This document shows positions 50,601-62,482 of a stretch of 64,000 nt of DNA, piece after piece (position 1 is the first letter of the stretch; every line of letters starts with the position of its first letter). The notes under the pieces were generated by a model, which did not search any database, was not told the DNA's origin, and saw only the letters and a list, made by a program, of their open reading frames with translations. The stretch is from the NCBI RefSeq assembly GCF_027921745.1, contig NC_079238.1, positions 3,100,001 to 3,164,000 of the forward strand. The letters run 5' to 3'. Source of the stretch: Schizosaccharomyces osmophilus. Taxonomy: Eukaryota. The position numbers and the translations under genes are program-made.

Positions 50601-51493
50601 CTTTGTACGATCTCTTTTTCCGAAAGATCAATACCCTTTGCATTGTCATATGGGTACTTAAGAGAGTACCTAAGAGAATCCGTCAAAGACTGAAAAAGAG
50701 CTGAAGTATGGTAAAATAATGATGTACGAGAAAACACGTCAAAGCAACTATCTTCTATAATTACGTGACTGAAGCGTCGAGTAGGAAACGTTGAGAGAAA
50801 TGCCAAACAAAGGCCGAGCACTGTCAACAATGGTCTCAAATTTGTTTCGTCAGTACTACCTTGCAGCAATAAATCAGATTTTAAGAGTATGTGATGAAGC
50901 CAACCAGAATATGCAGCATGATTTGGATTTTGCTGTGATATTTCTGGTAATTTTTGCTTATAAGACAAATAAGCTTTTCGAAATGCTTTAACCTTGGTTA
51001 AAACATGTTCCAATTTCTCATGTGACTCCAAACAATCGAGGATTGAAATATTCGTTAAAGGATAAATCAGCTTCTTCACGTGTGATACATGCAAGGATTG
51101 AACACACAAGGTAATAAATCTAACTAAACAGAAACTATTGTGAAGATTCTCTTTATAAGACAAACGAATTACCTGACCAAAGAGAGCTTTAAACTTGGAG
51201 GGATCCAAACCTTCTAGAATTGAGGGATTGGAACTTGTCTTATGAATTATCAACAAACATATTAGTTGCACTTGCACAAGGGGCATATCATTAGCAACCG
51301 TCGGCCATAGACAAGTTTCAAAAAACAAGGAATCGTCCAAAAATTTAAGCAAATCGATTGAATTTTTTTGGTTCAAAAGCTCACTATAAACATTTTCCAG
51401 CATGCCTACATCATAATGTTTTTTATGGTCCTTTCCCCAGGATGAATTAATGAATCCCTCAACGCGTTTTCGAACATGCTTAGGCATAACCAT
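47681..51493 (-). CDS. cwf11: Aquarius/IBP160-like spliceosome component
   Basis: QNLGEAEYAIAIYQYMRMLGYPA, STFPTRRF and an SF1 helicase-like core. Confidence 0.92.
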   Translation of the reverse strand: MVMPKHVRKRVEGFINSSWGKDHKKHYDVGMLENVYSELLNQKNSIDLLKFLDDSLFFETCLWPTVANDMPLVQVQLICLLIIHKTSSNPSILEGLDPSKFKALFGQVIRLSYKENLHNSFCLVRFITLCVQSLHVSHVKKLIYPLTNISILDCLESHEKLEHVLTKVKAFRKAYLSYKQKLPEISQQNPNHAAYSGWLHHILLKSDLLLQGSTDETNLRPLLTVLGLCLAFLSTFPTRRFSHVIIEDSCFDVFSRTSLFYHTSALFQSLTDSLRYSLKYPYDNAKGIDLSEKEIVQRDELLYHSLQTTLFRFYQDRLQNLLFFPHSWFQKRENLEKITNCLTFDDLKGLCQKCHLRTNFTQTYPIKLFHPFLKELFISAFEKHQQNSFLNSSNEIIHISLDDLNFAERKATESQELRVPFNDFQGYTFQNLSVSSFFQRNLHALYGDLHNKVTTEISYACNHGLYKGDGVQKSSNALIPVKRCRIQKTAPPLVGEIYPQYIHCKVDLDTEKKKYVDLIDKNTFVCLLSIAGQKQQMSSQGLESCVNLAFGQPFTSQVDAEGNGIKENNSKSMDIYIDPLFYSDMVEKEGVFPEAMDFNYMVTISSSVKDTWNEILADRLLLKKTGNFPKWLLDCFLGFGAPNLVTFPNVGSNDVSIKDIISSNEQLNKLFSNANTNLNNFVDPMFIRYQRDKTLIETENDEHPHISTQKKVYFNDEQCSAVLNSLQPGLTLVNGPSQAGKHTLVCKILETLNKNFQNKRTLVVCKANDSLNRLFHLMEEASCFDEGRILCLGRQSDRDDYTSYGTIRYLISKLPYLLAEVDRLASSMNVIGAYGSNPETALYFYGAFVNPAWNKFSNLASSSNFRNIWDAFPFKTFFQGRSNEVPDDASRILDKVISLYHEIFHLFTTIRYIQPYTFFKRSTDCEIYALCQQANIVGTTWEEVLKRLPILSEKGFSFENLIVLDSESISEYTVSKLLTLNESNSGTKRIICFGDDRANLYRNFEISSTPTFSFSEKLRQFGVFCHQLKTKYNTRKSIGELIDWQYNLQFQYVDTTDTSTCLHGNSGFVNEYQFIDVGPFKGAKETELVKGSKQNLGEAEYAIAIYQYMRMLGYPADEIGICTLYGSQVALLREILNVRCSNNSFFGLPLFVETAKDLEKHVKYMIFTTVSSVNDPEQWSLGAFTKAISHAQYGLYVLSSKELFEKAVHLGPLRDKALATPGKLLLTTGKIYPNSHKIGDHVEQFEIENLIHLSNYVVEMTKKKLQIMNS

Positions 51494-51960
51494 TTTCTAT
51501 AAAGATTGGTTTGATTTGCTTCACCAGAAATGAGCTTTTATGACTTCGCCTTTTCTAATATCAGCTACCACTTGCAGCCTATAGGTAAATCGGATCTTTA
51601 TAAACAACCAAAATACTGGTTTCTCTCTATCAACAAATGCGCTATGACCGTTGTACGGAGCCTTTATTTTGTAAGTCACTTCTACACCTTTTGCTAGTGA
51701 ACAACCATGAGTTGGAAGTAAGGAAGATTCATGACCAGCTTACACAACCTCGCTTATAAAACTTTATTTTTAGAAATAAGGTAAGCGAAATTGCAACGCT
51801 TAACTAGTATTGCTAGGATACTGGTAACTAATAATGCTAATATGGAAATGTACTATAGCTACAGTAACATTTTACAGCTTCCTTAACCAACTCACCTTTT
51901 CTAAGAAACAGGAACTGCATTTCTAGTTAATATAATGAAGCTTTTTTGAGTTCACATATA

Positions 51961-54900
51961 ATGCTAGAATTTCCTGGATTGAAAAGCAGATCCGAAGAAA
52001 CTCGCAATAAAGCGGCCAACGAACTGTTTGATTACGTTGTAGCTTGCTCTCGTGAGTTGTCAGGAGAAGCGTTAATTCAATTTAACAATGAAGTTAATAA
52101 ATATGTATATAAACTAGTTCACAGTAATGATTCAGTGGATCGACTGGCTGGCGTCACTGCCATTAATAGACTTATTGACATCGAAGCAGAGGATACTACT
52201 CGAATCACACGCTTTGCCAATTATTTAAGAATAATTCTCCCCGGCAATGATCAAAAGGCTACTGACTTAGCTGCTAAGGCTTTGGGACGTCTTGCCGTAC
52301 CCGGTGGTGCCCTAACATCCGAATTTGTAAACTTTGAAGTGAAACGAGCTTTGGAATGGCTTCAAGGAGAACGGAATGAAAATAGAAGATACGCAGCCGT
52401 CCTCATATTAAAGGAATTGGCAAAAAATACGTCTACCCTTATTTATGCCCATATCGACTCGATATTCGAATTTCTTTGGCACGGTCTACGTGATCCAAAA
52501 GTTTTAATTCGTACTGCTTCCTCAGATGCTCTCAGTGAATTACTGGAAATTGTTCGCCAAAGGGATTCATTGATACGCTTGCAATGGTACACTCGAATTC
52601 TGGTCGAAGCACAGAATGGTGTAGTACAGGGATCCAATGAATTTATACACGGTAGTCTTCTTGTTTATCGTCAGTTGTTTTTAAAAGCTGGTATGTTTAT
52701 GCATGAAAGATATCGAGAAGTCTCCAATACCATTCTGCAGTTTAAAGACCATCGGGATGCTTTAATTCGAAAAACTGTTACAGAGCTAATTGCTACCATT
52801 TCTACCTATAATCCGGAAGATTTTGTCTCTAATTATTTACACATATGCATGCTTCATTTATTAAACTTGCTAAAGAAAGAACGTGCACGAATGCTCACTT
52901 TCTCAACACTGGGCAAAGTTGCGGTTGCTATAACTAATAGTATCGTTCCATATTTGGATCCTATATGTGCCGCAATAAAGGAAAGCCTAACAACACATAT
53001 CAGAAGTAAAAGTACCTCTGATGCTGCAATTTTTCAGTGTATTAGTTACCTTTCCATTGCTTTAGGCCAAGCGTTTTCAAGTTATGCATACGATTTGTTT
53101 GATTTGATTTTTGCAAGTGGTCTTTCAGAAGCTTCATATGACGCTCTTTCTCATTTAGCCCACAACATCCCTCCTCTACTCCCAGTCATCCAAGAACGTC
53201 TTTTGGATATGCTCAGTATTATTCTAAGCGGAAGACCTTTCATTCCTCCTGGCTGCCCCCATCAGCACGTCGTACGTGTATTACAGAGTGCCAAGGAAAG
53301 TGGATTGAAAGTTAGTCCCTTTACAAATGACGTTTATGTCTTGGCACTTCAAACTTTAGGTGACTTCAACTTTTCTGGGTATATTTTGAATGAGTTTGTC
53401 AAAGATTATGTAGTGACTTATCTCGAAAATGATGATGCTTCCATACGAAAAGCAGCCGCAATAACATGCAGCGAATTATTTGCCCATGATCCAATCCTTT
53501 CTCAAACTAGTGATCATGCAATTCAAGTGGTTGCTGAGGTTTTGGAGAAACTAATAACTGTTGGAATATGTGACACTAATTCTGACATTAGGCTGACTGT
53601 TCTTCTTTCTCTTGATTCTCGCTTTGATAGACACTTGGCTCAAGTTGACAAAATCCGGTTACTTTTTATCGCTATAAATGATGAAGTTTTTTCAATCAGG
53701 GAAGCATCCTTAAAGATTCTCGGAAGATTAAATGCCTATAATCCAGCTTATGTCATGCCATATCTTCGAAAATTAATGCTAAAAACACTGACTGTTTTAG
53801 ATTATTCTAAGGTTATAAGAACAAAAGAGGAAAATGCGCGACTCATCTGTCTATTAATATCAGCTGCGCCCAAACTTATTGAATCACATGTTGGTCCAAT
53901 TTTACAAATATTGGTACCAAAAGCTAAGGATTCTAGTCCGGCTGTGGCTGCCAATATCGTTAATTCTTTTGGAGAAATTTGTCAAATAAGCGGTGAGGCT
54001 ATACTTACTTTTAAAAAGGATTTGATGCCTTTAATCATTGATGCTCTTCAAGATCAAAGCTCCCCAGTAAAGAGAGCAGCATCTTTGAGAACTCTTGGTA
54101 ATTTATCAGTTAGTATTGGCTATGTCATAGATCCTTACCTTGAGTATCCTTCTTTACTGGATATTTTGGTTGGTATAATAAAAACCGAACAGGATATTTC
54201 AATTCGCCGGGAGACAATAAAACTTATTGGTACTTTGGGAGCACTTGACCCTAACAGACATCAAGTTTTAGAAAAAGGAACAGAAAAACTTGTACCTGAG
54301 CAAAAAAATATCCCGTCCGATATTTCCTTGTTAATGTCTGGCATTGGACCCTCATCCGAAGAATACTATCCGACGGTGGTTATAACTGCGTTGATGAGTA
54401 TTTTAAAAGATCCATCTTTAAGTATTCATCACACAGCAGTCATTCAGGCTGTGATGTATATTTTCAAAACTATGGGTTTACGCTGTGCTCCCTTTCTCTC
54501 TCAGATTATTCCGGAATTTATCGCTGTTATGAGAACCTCACCATCCAATATCCTTGAATTTTATTTCCAACAATTGAGTATATTGGTTTTAATTGTTCGT
54601 CAACATATAAGAACATTCCTACCAGATTTATTTAAGTTGATAACTGATTTTTGGAACCCAAATTCGAATTTACAATTTACTATATTATCACTGGTAGAGT
54701 CGTTGGCACGTGCTATGCAAGGCGAATTCAAACCTTACCTCCCTCCTCTTTTAGCTATGATGCTTCAAGTATTTGATTCGGATGTATCAGCAGATTCTGC
54801 TAGCATGAAGAAGGTTTTGCATGCATTTATAGTTTTCGGTGATACACTTGGTGATTACTTTCATACGCTATTGGGATCTCTCATGCGATTGTATGAGCGA

Positions 54901-57900
54901 CAAGATGTGTCGTTGGATGTTCGTGAGAATGTTATGATAACGATCGGGCGTCTATCAACTGTTATAAATATATCCGATTATGCCTCAAGGATTATTCATC
55001 CTATAATGCGTACTTTATCTTCCGGTACTCCTTCCTTAGTTCGTGTCAGTTTGAATACTTTATGTGCCCTTATCTATCAACTGGATGTAGACTTTGCTAT
55101 TTTTATCCCTATGATTAACAAATCTCTCGCTTCACGCGGGATCACACATGAGACCTACGATTTATTAGTTTCAAAATTTTTTCATGAGGAGCCATTACCG
55201 AAAGAGCTAAACCCCTATGAAAAATACGACAAGCCCAAACTAGATGTGGTTGCTTCTGCTGCTGATATTACATCCAAAAAGCTACCCGTGAATCAAGAAA
55301 TCCTACGAAACGCTTGGGAGGCCTCCCAACGTTCAACAAAAGATGATTGGCAAGAATGGATGAGGCGACTTGCCGTAGCTCTTTTAAGAGAGTCACCTTC
55401 TCATGCATTACGGGCGTGTGCTGCTTTGGCAGCTGCATACCAACCATTGGCTCGTGAACTATTTAATGCTAGTTTTGTGTCATGTTGGTCAGAACTTTAC
55501 GATCATTTTCAGGAAGAACTTGTTCGATCTATTGAAATTGCTTTAACTTCACCTCATATATCACCCGAGATCATTCAAATTTTGCTCAACTTGGCTGAAT
55601 TTATGGAGCACGACGATAAACCATTACCAATTGACATTCGCACATTAGGTGCATACGCAGCTAAGTGTCATGCTTTTGCCAAAGCATTGCATTATAAGGA
55701 GCTGGAATTTATAGAAGAAGAATTGGTCACCAAGCCGTCTATTGACACTATTGAAGCCCTTATTTCTATTAACAATCAGCTTCAACAACCAGATGCTGCT
55801 ATAGGAATTTTGAAGCATGCCCAACAAAATGATAGAATGAACCTGAAAGAAACATGGTATGAGAAGCTTCAACGATGGGAAGACGCGTTAGCTGCATACG
55901 AAAAACGAGAAGCTTCTGGTACAGGTAACTTTGAGATAACTATGGGTAAACTACGTTGTTTACATGCTTTGGGTGAATGGGATAGATTATCTCAGCTGGC
56001 TCAAGAAAATTGGATTCATGGTGGTTATGAGATGAGAAGATATATCGCACCTCTTTCTGTAGCAGCAGCATGGGGATTGGGTCAATGGGAGCAAATGGAC
56101 GAGTACATTTCCGTAATGAAGTCAGAGTCTCCTGATAAGGCTTTTTTCAGTGCTATAGTTGCTTTGCACCGGCTTCAATTTGAGGAAGCTTCCGCACATA
56201 TAACGAGAGCTCGTGATTTGTTAGACACAGAACTTACTGCTCTTGTTGCGGAAAGTTACAATCGAGCTTACAGTGTTGCTGTACGTGTTCAAATGCTTTC
56301 TGAGTTGGAAGAAATTATCAGCTATAAAAAGGCAGAAAACAAACCAGACGTGCGTGAGGTTATAAAGAAAACCTGGGTTCGCCGTTTGAAAGGATGCCAA
56401 CGGAATGTAGATGTGTGGCAGCGAATGCTGCGCATAAGGTCTTTAGTCATTTCTCCCAACGAGAACATGGAAATGTGGATTAAATACTCTAATTTGTGTC
56501 GTAAATCGGGACGAATCGGTTTAGCTAAAAAGTCTTTAGACTTACTGCTGGAAGATGAAAATCATCTTGAAGGCAACATCCTTCCTAAAAACGCACACCC
56601 ATCAATCATATACGCGAAGCTCAAGTTTTCGTGGACCGTCGACGATAAAAAACGCGCACTTGTTAATATGCAAGAGTTTACTGCGCAATTAATATCTGAT
56701 ATAAACATAGATCCTGCGCTATTCGCTCAGTCGGCTATGACCGGTTCTCAAAAGTCACAGGAAGAAATTCATTACTATTTTCATTTGTTGGCACGCTGTT
56801 ACCACAAGCAAGGACAATGGCAGCAAGAGATTGAACCCAAATGGTCAGAAGGTCTATTCACTCGAGTTTTGCAGTCCTACATGTATGCTACACAATTTGA
56901 CTCCAAATGGTATAAAGCTTGGCATTCTTGGGCTTTAGCAAATTTCGATGCAATCAAGCACTTAGAACAGTCTGAGGATAATATACCGTTGGGTGCTTAC
57001 GAACAGTATATAATTCCTGCCATTAAGGGCTTTTTCAAGTCAATTGCTTTGAGCAAAGGTAACATTCAAGATACACTAAGACTGTTGAGCCTTTGGTTTA
57101 AGTATGGTAAAAATGCCAATGTTATCAACACTTTGAATCTTGGCATAGCAACTGTGAACATCGATATTTGGCTTGAAGTTATACCTCAACTCATTGCTAG
57201 AATCCATGCTCCTTCATTAAACGTCAGGAAGTCTGTGCATCAACTGCTATCAGACGTTGGTCGTGCACATCCTCAAGCACTTGTTTATCCTTTAACCGTT
57301 GCTGCGAAATCGCAAAGTTCAACCAGACAGAATGCAGCCCTTGCAATTATGGACTCAGTCAGAACGCATAGTGCTCGATTAGTTGAGCAAGCTAGATTAG
57401 TAAGTCACGAGCTAATAAGAGCTGCTATATTATGGCATGAGCAATGGCACGAGGGACTTGAAGAAGCTTCTCGATTATATTTTGGTGACCATAATATAGA
57501 AGGTATGTTTGCTGTATTACGACCCCTTCATGAAATGTTAGAACGCGGACCTGAAACTTTGAGAGAAATTTCTTTCCAGCAAGCTTTCGGACGTGATTTG
57601 ATTGAGGCAAGAGATTGTTGCATTCGTTTTGAACAAACTGGCGATATATCTGATTTGAACCAAGCATGGGACTTATATTACCAAGTATTTAAAAAGATTC
57701 GTAAACAACTTCCTCAACTAACGACTCTTGATTTGCAATATGTCTCTCCTAAACTTTTGTACGCACACGATCTCGACCTTGCAGTGCCCGGTACATATGT
57801 GAGTGGGAAGCCTGTAATAAGAATTGTTAAATTCTATCCCACTTTTAATGTTATCACTTCAAAGCAACGGCCTAGACGTTTGAGTATTAGAGGAAGTGAT

Positions 57901-58977
57901 GGTAAAGATTATCAATATGTCCTAAAGGGACATGAGGACATCCGACAAGATGAAAGAGTGATGCAGCTTTTTGGACTTTGCAACAACCTATTATCCGCAG
58001 ACCCGGAAACATTTAAACGATTATTATCTATTCAGCGTTATCCAGTTATTCCTTTGTCCCCTGACTCAGGACTGTTAGGATGGGTCTTAGACAGTGATAC
58101 ATTACACGTACTGATTCGCGATTATCGAGAAAGCAGGAAAATTCTTTTGAATATTGAGCACCGTCTTATAATCCAAATGGCTCCTGATTATGACCGGCTC
58201 TCTTTGCTTCAAAAAGTGGAGGTGTTTGAGTATGCTTTAATGAGTACTACAGGTCAAGATTTGTACCGTGTTCTATGGCTGAAAAGTCGCAGTTCAGAAG
58301 CATGGCTTAATAGGAGGACAAATTACTCTAGAAGTCTTGCTGTCATGTCCATGGTTGGTTATATATTGGGTTTAGGCGACCGCCATCCTTCTAACTTAAT
58401 GTTGGATCGCTATACAGGAAATATTATTCATATCGACTTTGGAGATTGCTTTGAGGTTGCTATGCACCGTGAAAAATTTCCTGAGAAAATTCCATTCCGT
58501 CTTACGCGTATGCTGGTTAATGCAATGGAAGTTAGTGGCATAGAGGGAACTTTCCGTATTACTTGCGAGCATGTTATGCGAGTGCTCCGTGACAACAAAG
58601 AATCAGTAATGGCCGTTTTGGAAGCCTTTGTTCATGATCCTTTAATTAATTGGAGACTTGCCCCAGCTTATTCCCCTGCCGTAGACGAAAAGTCACTAAC
58701 CGACACGCATAATGTTATTTTGGGTGATAATCCTGAAGGTTTACACCGGAAACGTTTGGATGAAGAGGGAATAACACTAGAGGAGCGTCAAAAGCCTGAG
58801 GTACTTAATCAACGTGCTGTTACAGTTTTGAATAGGATTAATAATAAGCTTACGGGTCGAGATTTTAAACCTCAGCAATGCTTGGATGTTCCAGATCAGG
58901 TGGAAAAGCTAATCCAGCAAGCTACCTCAATTGAAAATCTATGCTTATGCTACATAGGTTGGTGCAGCTTCTGGTGA
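51961..58977 (+). CDS. tor2: TOR kinase (TORC1 catalytic subunit); true start may be 51707 via micro-exons
   Basis: HEAT repeats, FAT, FRB ([18 protein letters not shown]), kinase ([17 protein letters not shown]) and FATC (YIGWCSFW). Confidence 0.97.
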   Translation: MLEFPGLKSRSEETRNKAANELFDYVVACSRELSGEALIQFNNEVNKYVYKLVHSNDSVDRLAGVTAINRLIDIEAEDTTRITRFANYLRIILPGNDQKATDLAAKALGRLAVPGGALTSEFVNFEVKRALEWLQGERNENRRYAAVLILKELAKNTSTLIYAHIDSIFEFLWHGLRDPKVLIRTASSDALSELLEIVRQRDSLIRLQWYTRILVEAQNGVVQGSNEFIHGSLLVYRQLFLKAGMFMHERYREVSNTILQFKDHRDALIRKTVTELIATISTYNPEDFVSNYLHICMLHLLNLLKKERARMLTFSTLGKVAVAITNSIVPYLDPICAAIKESLTTHIRSKSTSDAAIFQCISYLSIALGQAFSSYAYDLFDLIFASGLSEASYDALSHLAHNIPPLLPVIQERLLDMLSIILSGRPFIPPGCPHQHVVRVLQSAKESGLKVSPFTNDVYVLALQTLGDFNFSGYILNEFVKDYVVTYLENDDASIRKAAAITCSELFAHDPILSQTSDHAIQVVAEVLEKLITVGICDTNSDIRLTVLLSLDSRFDRHLAQVDKIRLLFIAINDEVFSIREASLKILGRLNAYNPAYVMPYLRKLMLKTLTVLDYSKVIRTKEENARLICLLISAAPKLIESHVGPILQILVPKAKDSSPAVAANIVNSFGEICQISGEAILTFKKDLMPLIIDALQDQSSPVKRAASLRTLGNLSVSIGYVIDPYLEYPSLLDILVGIIKTEQDISIRRETIKLIGTLGALDPNRHQVLEKGTEKLVPEQKNIPSDISLLMSGIGPSSEEYYPTVVITALMSILKDPSLSIHHTAVIQAVMYIFKTMGLRCAPFLSQIIPEFIAVMRTSPSNILEFYFQQLSILVLIVRQHIRTFLPDLFKLITDFWNPNSNLQFTILSLVESLARAMQGEFKPYLPPLLAMMLQVFDSDVSADSASMKKVLHAFIVFGDTLGDYFHTLLGSLMRLYERQDVSLDVRENVMITIGRLSTVINISDYASRIIHPIMRTLSSGTPSLVRVSLNTLCALIYQLDVDFAIFIPMINKSLASRGITHETYDLLVSKFFHEEPLPKELNPYEKYDKPKLDVVASAADITSKKLPVNQEILRNAWEASQRSTKDDWQEWMRRLAVALLRESPSHALRACAALAAAYQPLARELFNASFVSCWSELYDHFQEELVRSIEIALTSPHISPEIIQILLNLAEFMEHDDKPLPIDIRTLGAYAAKCHAFAKALHYKELEFIEEELVTKPSIDTIEALISINNQLQQPDAAIGILKHAQQNDRMNLKETWYEKLQRWEDALAAYEKREASGTGNFEITMGKLRCLHALGEWDRLSQLAQENWIHGGYEMRRYIAPLSVAAAWGLGQWEQMDEYISVMKSESPDKAFFSAIVALHRLQFEEASAHITRARDLLDTELTALVAESYNRAYSVAVRVQMLSELEEIISYKKAENKPDVREVIKKTWVRRLKGCQRNVDVWQRMLRIRSLVISPNENMEMWIKYSNLCRKSGRIGLAKKSLDLLLEDENHLEGNILPKNAHPSIIYAKLKFSWTVDDKKRALVNMQEFTAQLISDINIDPALFAQSAMTGSQKSQEEIHYYFHLLARCYHKQGQWQQEIEPKWSEGLFTRVLQSYMYATQFDSKWYKAWHSWALANFDAIKHLEQSEDNIPLGAYEQYIIPAIKGFFKSIALSKGNIQDTLRLLSLWFKYGKNANVINTLNLGIATVNIDIWLEVIPQLIARIHAPSLNVRKSVHQLLSDVGRAHPQALVYPLTVAAKSQSSTRQNAALAIMDSVRTHSARLVEQARLVSHELIRAAILWHEQWHEGLEEASRLYFGDHNIEGMFAVLRPLHEMLERGPETLREISFQQAFGRDLIEARDCCIRFEQTGDISDLNQAWDLYYQVFKKIRKQLPQLTTLDLQYVSPKLLYAHDLDLAVPGTYVSGKPVIRIVKFYPTFNVITSKQRPRRLSIRGSDGKDYQYVLKGHEDIRQDERVMQLFGLCNNLLSADPETFKRLLSIQRYPVIPLSPDSGLLGWVLDSDTLHVLIRDYRESRKILLNIEHRLIIQMAPDYDRLSLLQKVEVFEYALMSTTGQDLYRVLWLKSRSSEAWLNRRTNYSRSLAVMSMVGYILGLGDRHPSNLMLDRYTGNIIHIDFGDCFEVAMHREKFPEKIPFRLTRMLVNAMEVSGIEGTFRITCEHVMRVLRDNKESVMAVLEAFVHDPLINWRLAPAYSPAVDEKSLTDTHNVILGDNPEGLHRKRLDEEGITLEERQKPEVLNQRAVTVLNRINNKLTGRDFKPQQCLDVPDQVEKLIQQATSIENLCLCYIGWCSFW

Positions 58978-59443
58978 TTTTTTTGTTTTGTTTTTATTTT
59001 CAATACTTATTACATGTTTATATATAATCGAATCCTACTGGTTTTTGATCGTTGTGTGCAAATCGTCATTTACACTTGAGAAACGCATCTTTTATAAAAA
59101 TATTTAGATATAATGAAATTTGGTTAAGCTAAATTAGTAAGGATGTATCAATCTCACTTTAATTTTACAGAGCATAAATAGCATACTTTTGAACGGGAAT
59201 TTTATTATTTATTTATATTATTTATATATTTGTACTTAATAGGCATACTTCGTTAGGAACAATTTGACATTGGAAGTGTTTCATTCGTGTAAGTCGGTGA
59301 GTCGGTGCAACACTTTTATCTGCAAGTTCGTTTTTTACCAATCTTGCTGGAGTCGTTGGCTTGCCCATGACATTATAAAATATTTTATTAAAGACAGCCA
59401 TTTAAATTTTTAGATATCCTTTAGGATTGATGGTAATTGCCTT

Positions 59444-62429
59444 ATGGAGTTGGATGCGACATTGCAAGGAATTGTTTCAGCCATCGGCGGTTTTGATTAC
59501 TCAAAACCGGACTCGCCTTATGTTGTAGGAGACGATGCTTTAGGTTGCTTGAAGGATTTGAAACGATACCTTCAAATTATCGATGAAAAGTACAAAGTCT
59601 GGCAAGTTCGATTTTTGTTATCGAAACTTCGTGTAGTAGTTAATGATTTATGCCCTATTCTTGCTTTCTGGGATAGAAATATTGAGGACCATAAACAGTG
59701 GAGGATAGCTTTGGCAGCTTTGGAATTACTTGTTCCATTAACCTGGCCTTTGGAAACTGAACAGGAAACTTACAGAGAGAATGTTGATGTACTGAAAAAT
59801 TTACAACAGGCCCAAAATGAGTACAAGTCATGCATATTGAATTACAGGGATGGATCTGTTTTGAAATCAATTTTAGCTGTGATATTGAAACCGCTGAGCA
59901 CAAGCAAAGATTCACGAAGCGTGCGTGATAATGGAGTCATTAGAATTACTCTTCTTCTCTTAAGAAATCTTACTCACATTAACGAAGAACAAACGAAAAA
60001 CGAGACTATTGTAGCTTTTCAGAAATCCAATATGCTGGATCTCTTAGTTACATTGACATCAAATCTATCTGAATTTGAGCACCTTGACGTTTACATCCTT
60101 GAAATAATTTATTACCTTGTTCGCGGAATTGGACCTTCTCGACTTTATAGAATCACAGATGATAATCCCACGAAGCATAATCAACATGAATTGAATGAGT
60201 TGCTCCAGAAGGAATCGAACCAATCTCGATATTTGAAACGCAATGCTAATACTCGTCATAACCGCTTTGGCACAATGATTTCAATTCAAGCAGAAGATCG
60301 GCGTTTCACCATTGCAAGTCAGAATGTTAAAACCGGCGGTCTTGAGGAAGTCGATAATCTAAAGAAACATAGAAAACGAAGCACTAGAAGGAAACATTTC
60401 GTAAGTATAGAAGATGCTCATTTCATAACTTACTAATCACACATAGGATGATATCAACAAGTCCGTAGTACTTAGTTCGAACGCAAGTGAAAATATCAAA
60501 TGCTTTTTGAAAGAATTCCTTGAAGCTGGCTTTAATCCCCTTGTCCAGAATATATTACGGGCTCTGGAAAGAGAAGATTCGAAAGTATTCTCGCATCATA
60601 AAACACAATTTATGTTTTTGCAAGCATTCTTTTTGGAATCGTTCAAATATATTACTAAGGATAATCAGAGTGAGGATTTATATTCTTATGACTATGACTA
60701 TGGCTTAATATCTTCTGTCTTAGATTCTCGCAACTTGATTATGCATCAACGAATATTGGTAGAATCTCAAGAAATGAAATTATGGTCTCAATTTCAAGCC
60801 TCAATGCTTTTAATGAGTAGGATCCTTTTAACTGTTCGTTTTATGTCGTTGTGCTCAATACCTACTTACCAAGATCTTGCCGACCATATTTTGTCTAATT
60901 TGTTCTATCAAGAAGAAGTCTTAAATATAATTTATCATGCTTTGAAAAGTTATAAAACACAATCGTTTGGTTACCTTGAAGCAATTACTGAGTTGACGAT
61001 GATTTTGTTGAAGGAGTTGGAAAGGTACTCTAGTGCAAAGCAATTCGTATATGTGAAGAGTCGTCGAAGAAAACAGAAATCAGCAAAATTGGACTTGCCA
61101 GAATCTGACGAAGATGAGGAGGGCGCATCAAAAATAGCGAATGATACTGTTCAAGACAGGCTGTTTGATATTAATCGTTTCCAGTCAAGGTATTGTGATA
61201 ATAATTGCATAAATACCTTTACGTTATACTTGAAATGCTATCAAGAACTTACTCCTGAGCAAATTCATAGAGCTGTGTCTTTTTTTTATTTAATTTTTGT
61301 GAAATTGAAGTGTCAAGTCTACTTATATCGCCTTGATTTCCTCTATTTGCTGGAACACATGTATGAAGACAAAGTTTACTTCCCTTCTTCTCATCCTCAA
61401 AGAAAGGAGTTTGATCAGTTTTTTATCTATTACATGCGAAAACTTTCAGAGGCACTAACTAGGACTCCGGCTATTTATCTCGAAATGCCTTTCCCTAAAA
61501 TGACTGATACCTTTTTTTATTTACAATATGGAAAAATTCCATTACAAACAAGTCATGTTGGTAGGAAAGGGCCCTTATATGATACCGTTCAAGGATTGTC
61601 TCATGTCGAAAGGGTTGCAGCGGCTATCGCTTGCTTGATTAATGAGAATAAAGGGGATATTCTAGACGAGTTGAAAACACAATTAAACTGCATAATAGCA
61701 GAAAAACAATTATATGAGAATAGGAATGCCGATGATGCTGTACCTGAAAACGAAGATCAACCGGGTATAATCAAACTTAAAGGGGATACTCAAGTTTTCG
61801 ACGATGCTCTGTTAAAGGATGGAAAATTTCGTTTGCTCTTAAACTTATTTGGTTTTCAAGAATTTGAAGAAGAAGTATCTATAGATGCTTTATGGTTTAT
61901 GCCATATGAGTTATCTTACAATGAGCTTATGGAGTCTTCAAGGTTACTTCGTCAATTTACAGATGACCCTCCTACATTTGAAGGAGTTGACCCTGAGAGT
62001 TTGCTAGTGAGAAAACAAAGAGGCAAAGTTAGGCTACCTTCTAGTAGTGAATCTGAAGCAGAATCTGAACAAAGGCCATTAGAGTCAGAGGTCGAGAGTT
62101 TGAGCGACCATATTGAAGAAAAAGACGATCCTTTGACATTTGGTACTCGTAAGGAGGCATTTGAAAAGATAGCAAAGAAAAGGAAGATGAGTAAACAAAA
62201 AAATACAAAGAACAGGAAGCTTAATCCATCCAAAGAACCCCGATTGCGCTCAGCGAAATTTATAGTTGATTCTGATGAAGATTCTGATGTTGAAGCTGCC
62301 TTTTTTAAGGCCGAAGCGGCCTTGCGTGACAGAAATTCAAGAAATGCATTCCAAGGTTTAGCATCGGACGAAACTAAAAAAGAGGTGTTACAAGAACTAC
62401 AATTACAAAGCTCGGAAGAATCTGAATAG
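59444..62429 (+). CDS. swi1: Replication fork protection subunit Swi1 (Timeless/Tof1); intron 60401-60446
   Basis: YVVGDDALGCLKDLKRYL, LELLVPLTWP and TRHNRFGT. Confidence 0.95.
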
Positions 62430-62482
62430 ATAGTCTATCTTCAATCAAAATAAATATTGCATTATGTAAGTATTAATTAAAA

